Below, piece by piece: positions 58,734 to 64,000 of a stretch of DNA of 64,000 nt. Positions within the stretch are counted from its first letter, which is position 1; each line of letters starts with the position of its first letter. The stretch lies in the IMG/VR virus record IMGVR_UViG_3300037325_000203; one strand, given 5' to 3'. The notes below the pieces were generated by a model. It saw only the letters and a program-made list of their open reading frames with translations, had not been told where the DNA came from and made no database searches. Made by a program: the position numbers and the translations under genes. This stretch comes from a virus.

Positions 58734-59240
58734 CTATTTATCAGATGTTTCCGTTTTTGCAGATACAATGTATTTCAACAGTTCATTCCGGTCGAAATCG
58801 CCGCCATTGGCATTTTTTCTATCTCCATTACCCTGATCTAAGTCGATTTGTTCTGATCTGACCTTCTTTAGCTGAAGTTCTATCATTCTAAGTTTTCGGT
58901 CAGTTTTTGAATTCTTTGCATCTAACGCTGTCTTTAGCATCTGTCCTGCTACTTCGTATATTTTCCCAGCGTGCATATCCGGTACATTACCACCCAGGGA
59001 TATAAGGTCATTGAATGTGTTAATTGCCTTAGTAGCAATACTATCCATTTCTGTGTCGTGAGATTCTAACCCCAACACTACCGGGAGTGCAGAATCCACT
59101 TTTTCCGCAGTCGTCAACGACGAGTACACTTGTTGAGCCTCGGCAAGAACTTCTGATCTAGTCTTAATGTGTACTTCCATATCATCTTCGTTCACACTAG
59201 TAGGTGGCAAATTGAAAAAGTCTTCTAATTTTTTTGTCAA
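58734..59240 (-). CDS. gp16: Terminase small subunit (gp16-like)
   Basis: Helical, IYEVA..MLK, DRNELL; near terL; TTG start. Confidence 0.6.
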   Translation of the reverse strand: MTKKLEDFFNLPPTSVNEDDMEVHIKTRSEVLAEAQQVYSSLTTAEKVDSALPVVLGLESHDTEMDSIATKAINTFNDLISLGGNVPDMHAGKIYEVAGQMLKTALDAKNSKTDRKLRMIELQLKKVRSEQIDLDQGNGDRKNANGGDFDRNELLKYIVSAKTETSDK

Positions 59241-59245
59241 GCTGT

Positions 59246-59683
59246 CTATCCCTTCCCTTTTGGATTATTGAATATATTATTCTCTGTCATTACCCGAAAC
59301 GTCATCCCATGACTCTTAGCAAATGCTTGCGCTGCCGCCCATTTGAAGGTATTCAATGCGACCGCTGCCTTAGCTCGTTGACTCTTGGCTTGTTCCAAGA
59401 AAGTTTCTTTAGCTGGCTTTACTTCGATAATCTCTGCTCTCTGATTACCTTTAGCATCCACATAAGTTACTACAAAATCAGGTACATACACAGTGTATTT
59501 ACCAGTGAAGGGATTCTGGTAAGGGATTTTAATTGGCTCGCTTGCCCAGGAAGAAATATTAGGATTTGTATCAAATAGTACCATAACCTTATGTTCCCAT
59601 GACGATCGGAAAACAATAGGATATGTGCCTGCATACTTACTTGGGTTTATAGGCTTATAATGACCTTGGACATAAGATCTCAT
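59246..59683 (-). CDS. gp4: Head completion nuclease (gp4-like)
   Basis: P.NP.KY.G, FRSSWE, WASE, YVPDF, EVKP, KW.AA. Confidence 0.9.
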   Translation of the reverse strand: MRSYVQGHYKPINPSKYAGTYPIVFRSSWEHKVMVLFDTNPNISSWASEPIKIPYQNPFTGKYTVYVPDFVVTYVDAKGNQRAEIIEVKPAKETFLEQAKSQRAKAAVALNTFKWAAAQAFAKSHGMTFRVMTENNIFNNPKGKG

Positions 59684-60153
59684 ACACGTATTTGCCTTGC
59701 CTGCAAACTATGCTTATTACTCACCGAAGTAACAGTGCCTACTTGGCTTCCCGGGTCTCTAAGATTGTTGAATGCCCTATATGCATTGTCACTGAACGCT
59801 AACTGTCCGGTGGTCGGAAGTGCTTCCAATAGTGCTTGCGTGGATACGCCAATTTGTGCAGCAATGTCAGTAGATAACGCGGACATGGTATCCGCATACA
59901 GAGGACCGGTGCCCCTTGATAAAAAATAGCATTTAGCAGAATCAAATGATGCAGCAGAGTAGTTACCTACGACGCCGCCACCTAAATCAGATTGTAGAAA
60001 AGACCCTGCGCTGGGGAATACAGTGCCTCCTGCAGAATACTTAAACGTGTTAGTCGGTGTCCCGTTAACTGTCTTTACAGTCTTTTGCGTACCCAGATAT
60101 GTAAGCATCTGAGAACTAAATCTGCCTATAGTTGCTATGGTAGGATTAGCCAC
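59680..60153 (-). CDS. Hypothetical virion protein
   Basis: Overlapping start and stop within the late operon. Confidence 0.6.
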   Translation of the reverse strand: MANPTIATIGRFSSQMLTYLGTQKTVKTVNGTPTNTFKYSAGGTVFPSAGSFLQSDLGGGVVGNYSAASFDSAKCYFLSRGTGPLYADTMSALSTDIAAQIGVSTQALLEALPTTGQLAFSDNAYRAFNNLRDPGSQVGTVTSVSNKHSLQARQIRV

Positions 60154-61414
60154 CCGAATTTCCTCCTGTTCGATTCACATCAGTGTAGGCCGATGGGGTT
60201 CTTGCTGCGGCAAACTTAAACGGTCTTGTCTGTAATACAGCAGTCTTTGTGGGATGATAGGGGGTTGGACTAATATTTGCCAGCCCGTTTAGTGCACTTG
60301 CACTTACCCTTCTTACTATCTTGTCAGATGCAAAGGCGCCGGTAACATCCCCTATACTAGATTGAACATTCTTTCCTATTCTTTGCAAAATAGGATTATC
60401 GGATTGTAATAAAGGATTATTAGACTCGATGAAATCTAGCAGTGATACATTAAATGCCAATGAGGGTAGTTCTAAGAACTCTCCGTGTTCGAACGGCTCC
60501 GTAGAAGAAGTATTCTGGGGATTACTTGCACCGCTACCCAATTCTAAATTCTGAACAGTGTAGTATGCATACTCATATTCAAACGTAAACGTAAGTTCCA
60601 ATGTTTTATCTGTGGTTGCATAATTTAGTACATCATGGCTAAAAGCCGCTATTCTAGGATTCACAAGTGTTACCTGATTAAATCTTCCAGCGTGTACCTG
60701 ATATATGTCTATGGTTTGAATAAGATTTCGTTCGTTCTGCACCTGTGGTAAGTTAAAACCGAAATTATGGTTGATCAGTGCGTCGGCAACAATATTCTGT
60801 GTATCTTGTTTGCTCCCGTCTGTGTTGGCCAGCGGCGGTACCGATGGATTTGTCCCTTGAAACAAATTTCTAATACTAGATGGTAAATTAGCAATATTAG
60901 GATTAATTGAAGGTGCAAATTGTCTCTTAAAGCTTTCTACCGAGAATGTACCTGGTGCACCGGTAGATGACTTTGCAGCATTTCGACCGGGCTCAGTGCC
61001 ATCGGCAAAATAATATCGATAATACATTTCCCAAAACTTCAAAGTCTTGCCATCGGCCACATCATGGAATACCATTTTTATCGGTTCAAACTCTATTTTA
61101 GTCTGGCTTATTCTTTTTCTGTTGTATTGGTTAAGAGCCTCAGTTTCTATCTTAAAGGACGGCATTTCTACAGACTTAATCAAGGGCGCAATCTGATCCC
61201 ATGTAGCAGAATTAAAGAATGTATTATAAAATTTACCTGCTGTTTCCGACTTATTTAACGATATGTTAACATAATATTGAAACGGGAATCTAGGCTGGTT
61301 CCTGTATAAGGACTGACCTTCCTGATTGAAGTGGTGACTAGCGTGGCGCGGACTTTTATTATAATAAAATCCCGCGCCTGTAAGCGACGTAAAAATGCTC
61401 GAAAAGCTAGCCAT
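60146..61414 (-). CDS. Tail-tube-like / tube initiator protein
   Basis: K.VEMP....E..NQYNRK....I.F.PI...FHD tube-fold pattern. Confidence 0.7.
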   Translation of the reverse strand: MASFSSIFTSLTGAGFYYNKSPRHASHHFNQEGQSLYRNQPRFPFQYYVNISLNKSETAGKFYNTFFNSATWDQIAPLIKSVEMPSFKIETEALNQYNRKRISQTKIEFEPIKMVFHDVADGKTLKFWEMYYRYYFADGTEPGRNAAKSSTGAPGTFSVESFKRQFAPSINPNIANLPSSIRNLFQGTNPSVPPLANTDGSKQDTQNIVADALINHNFGFNLPQVQNERNLIQTIDIYQVHAGRFNQVTLVNPRIAAFSHDVLNYATTDKTLELTFTFEYEYAYYTVQNLELGSGASNPQNTSSTEPFEHGEFLELPSLAFNVSLLDFIESNNPLLQSDNPILQRIGKNVQSSIGDVTGAFASDKIVRRVSASALNGLANISPTPYHPTKTAVLQTRPFKFAAARTPSAYTDVNRTGGNSGG

Positions 61415-61436
61415 CTATTACCCCGATAATCTCTCG

Positions 61437-62051
61437 TCACCCGAAAGTAGTACCACCAGTCGGGCTGGCAATATTGGGATATGGATTTCCGCCCACTGTT
61501 GTTCCATCGTTTGTATTCGGGCCGGCAATGTTTGTTGCATTGTCGAAACGAATCGTCAATGTTACCATGACAGGCTCGCCTTCCTTATAGTCGTGATCAC
61601 CATAAGAGACAGTCTTAATGAAACACCCACTTAGAACCCATGATTCTAGTTGGTCATTGTCTGTACCATCTAATGTATGAATTTCCATTGCAAACTTGTA
61701 ATTAATACCCGCAACAGCACTTGTCTGTTCAAAGTGGTTCATTTGTTTTTGTATCTGGGCGCCGACTGACGACACAACCGAGTTCGTAATATCATCTCGA
61801 AGTGTAATTTCTATTGGGTCGAACGTATGCTTACCCATTATCCACGCAATAGAGTTGTATGAATGCAACTCTACTTCAGAGTGATCAACTTTCGGTCTCT
61901 GACAAGTTACTACGTTAGCAGTCATCTCGCGCAGGCCGTTGTTTTCGCCAAAGTTTTGCCAGACCACTCTAAAGCGATATTTTTGCTTTGGGTGAAGTAT
62001 ACCGAGCTTGGCGCCGTCTAAGGGTACGCCGAATTTAGCTAAATTTGCCAT
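61437..62051 (-). CDS. gp19: Tail tube protein (gp19-like)
   Basis: PK.KYRFRV, GKH.F.PI...RDD, W...GC, T..FDNA; AGGAG RBS; late promoter at 62079. Confidence 0.88.
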   Translation of the reverse strand: MANLAKFGVPLDGAKLGILHPKQKYRFRVVWQNFGENNGLREMTANVVTCQRPKVDHSEVELHSYNSIAWIMGKHTFDPIEITLRDDITNSVVSSVGAQIQKQMNHFEQTSAVAGINYKFAMEIHTLDGTDNDQLESWVLSGCFIKTVSYGDHDYKEGEPVMVTLTIRFDNATNIAGPNTNDGTTVGGNPYPNIASPTGGTTFG

Positions 62052-62100
62052 CTTTTTCTCCTGCTTTTAAGCTAATACTATTTATCAATTTGACATATTT

Positions 62101-63711
62101 TTATTTCAACCGATTAGGAATCCATTCCCACTTGGATGACCCCGAGTCCCATATAGTCTTATATCCTTGCAATAGTCTGTTTTCCCTTTCCGTAAGAAGC
62201 ATATCATCATCCGGTGTCTTCCTTAGCGAGAATCGATGTATTCTCGCTATAATATTATCTTTTATATACCAGTATCCAGGTACAGTATTCTTAACAAAGT
62301 TAAACCCTAATATGCTATAGAGATTACCGTTGGACCAGCGTCTGTCTGCATATGTTACAATAGATGTGGGAGAATTATTAGATATGAAATATTTAAATAA
62401 TTTAGAGGCACCGCCTGGTATATTATAGTTTGCGGAGCAGAATCTATTTAATTCCCAAGATAAAACTTTTCTAGAAATGTTATTTTTAGAAAATGTCATA
62501 ACAGATATCAGCTCCTTATTAAAAAACAGGCCAAGTCGCAAATTACTACGACCAGCCCCTTGAAGGTGATATCTGTTGCAAAATACTGAGGCCTGGGATG
62601 AACTAATTTCTTCGACCACACAGCGTCTTGCATACACTGTTGCTGATTTATTTTGTTTAATCAGTTGAAGTAATCTAGATTCGACTACTTCTCTCTTATT
62701 TTTCCATTCATCCTCAAAGATTTGTATAAGCCGTATTCCAGTACCCTCTACATCTCTAAGCTTATCCATGTCCTTTGTCTTCGAGTAGCCATTAGCGGAC
62801 AGCACCTGCTCTGAGTGCCAATACAATCCATTGTACTCTATGCCCGTATTCAGTGAAGGTATGAATATATCTAATTCTTTTTTACCATCGTATCTGTAGT
62901 TCGGAATGGCAGTGACATGTGAACTTATGAAGTCAAATATTTCTATCTCCGCAGCACTCCTGTTTACAATAGGGGGATAACATGTTAGACAAAGTCGATC
63001 TTTTATTTTGTTTGGCTGAAACATTTGCTTTGTGTATGATACGTCATTTCCACACTTGTTACATGTTGCAGTGAGATAATTACCATCTACATTCCCCGGG
63101 GTAAACCCTAGATCTACTAATCTAGCCTTCATTAACTCTAGACTTTTTTTCTGCTTCATTTCCCCTATTATCTTAGATTTTATGGAAATTTTCTCTCGTG
63201 TCTCATCCGTATGTTTTTTACCTCTGAAGAATGCAAGGTCATGCCCATTTTTTAGCTTTGTCTCCAATGCTTTTTTTGCACGTAAAGAAACCTCGTCCCT
63301 GTTGTTGGAAGCATAGTCGGAAACAGATGCCGATATTTTCTGCCGTGTGGCGTCTGATACAATTTGAGTTGGTCTGGTCAATACGCCTGTGGCATATCTT
63401 TCCTCTCTGAGGCGAGCCGATTCTACATACGCAGTTGTGTCTTCCAGGGTCTTGCCTGTGTTCCACGTGACATTCCCCGTATTTGCCACGGATATCAATC
63501 TTTTAGATTCGACTGACATTTTATTCCCGTAGTTGGGATTATTTTTACCAGCAGATTGTGCCGACTTCGAAGTTCTGTACTCCACTGATGTCAGCGACTC
63601 CTTGCCATATTTGTTAACATATTCGGCAGTAAGAATACCGTGTTTCTTCAAATGGGTGCTGGATATGAGTTTTTCAAACTCAATATTACATATTTGGCAT
63701 CTAATAGACAT
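62101..63711 (-). mobile_element. Putative homing endonuclease: Zn finger/NUMOD3 + Vsr-like nuclease + Mom-like GNAT, between sheath and tube genes
   Basis: ELDIFIP...IEYNGLYWH..IFEDEW; VYARRC..HLQG..ELNR..GASKL..TYAD..WDSG. Confidence 0.78.
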
Positions 63712-63755
63712 AGTTATGTATTCCTGTAAGAGTAATAACGCAACAGTAAAATTAA

Positions 63756-63783
63756 AATAATAGTGACCGGAGTCACTATTATT
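63756..63783 (-). terminator. Hairpin/terminator after the tail sheath gene
   Basis: AATAATAGTGAC-TCCG-GTCACTATTATT followed by TTAATTTT. Confidence 0.7.
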
Positions 63784-63798
63784 CAGGGTATTTACTAA

Positions 63799-63999
63799 TC
63801 AAGACAACGATGCGCCGGTGTTCTTGATCCTGATCGGAATGTAAATAAATTCAATTGCCTTAACTGGTTGAATTGCAATGTCTACCCACAACTCATTCCT
63901 GTCGATTCGAGCAACGGTATTATTTGACAAGTCACAGACTACCAAGAAGTCATATAATGCGCGAAGAGTAATTAACTCAGATAAGAACCTGTCAAACGC
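63799..63999 (-). CDS. gp18: Tail sheath protein C-terminus (gp18-like, partial)
   Basis: Manual translation ...LYDFLVVCDLSNNTVARIDRNELWVDIAIQPVKAIEFIYIPIRI; not in ORF track. Confidence 0.92.
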   Translation of the reverse strand, partial: AFDRFLSELITLRALYDFLVVCDLSNNTVARIDRNELWVDIAIQPVKAIEFIYIPIRIKNTGASLS

Positions 64000-64000
64000 A

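Noticed and set aside
59246-59683. TnsA transposase endonuclease
   Set aside because: Motifs and position among head/tail genes fit the gp4 head-completion protein; no other Tn7 genes
678-63760. Many short plus-strand and off-frame ORFs
   Set aside because: Shadows of well-supported genes, without RBS or motifs; only 8354, 41129 and 45904 are accepted on the plus strand
1-64000. tRNA/tmRNA genes and stop-codon recoding
   Set aside because: No cloverleaf or T-loop context recognised by eye (tRNAscan not run); genes are full length in code 11 and use TAA, TAG and TGA as stops

Overview
64 kb of an AT-rich, densely packed T4-like (jumbo-type) myovirus genome, almost all on the minus strand. 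All calls are from motif recognition by eye; no database searches were run. Left part (1-16.9 kb) holds host-takeover and metabolic genes: ribosomal protein bS21, ClpX, a DadA-like oxidoreductase, queD, folE, thyA, a cell-wall hydrolase, the NAD-salvage pair NAMPT + NMNAT-Nudix, KTSC and a Pnkp-like phosphatase. The middle holds class Ia ribonucleotide reductase, an exonuclease, virion proteins and an NTase + RNA-ligase-like pair. The right part holds replication/recombination genes (gp41 helicase, primase, mini-DnaE, clamp loader, UvsW/Y/X, gp32) and morphogenesis genes (terminase, gp4, tail tube, 3' end of sheath). The main finding is that four core genes (nrdA, gp41, uvsW, terL) are each fractured into two ORFs carrying complementary split-intein halves. 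Two are canonically split and two atypically split with very short N-halves; three have a free-standing endonuclease between the halves and one has none. Also notable: three paralogous endonucleases fused to a Mom-like GNAT domain, a decayed GIY-YIG gene missed by the ORF track, hairpin/late-promoter gates on homing endonuclease genes, three apparently leaderless sigma70 transcripts and a candidate gene-32 leader pseudoknot.
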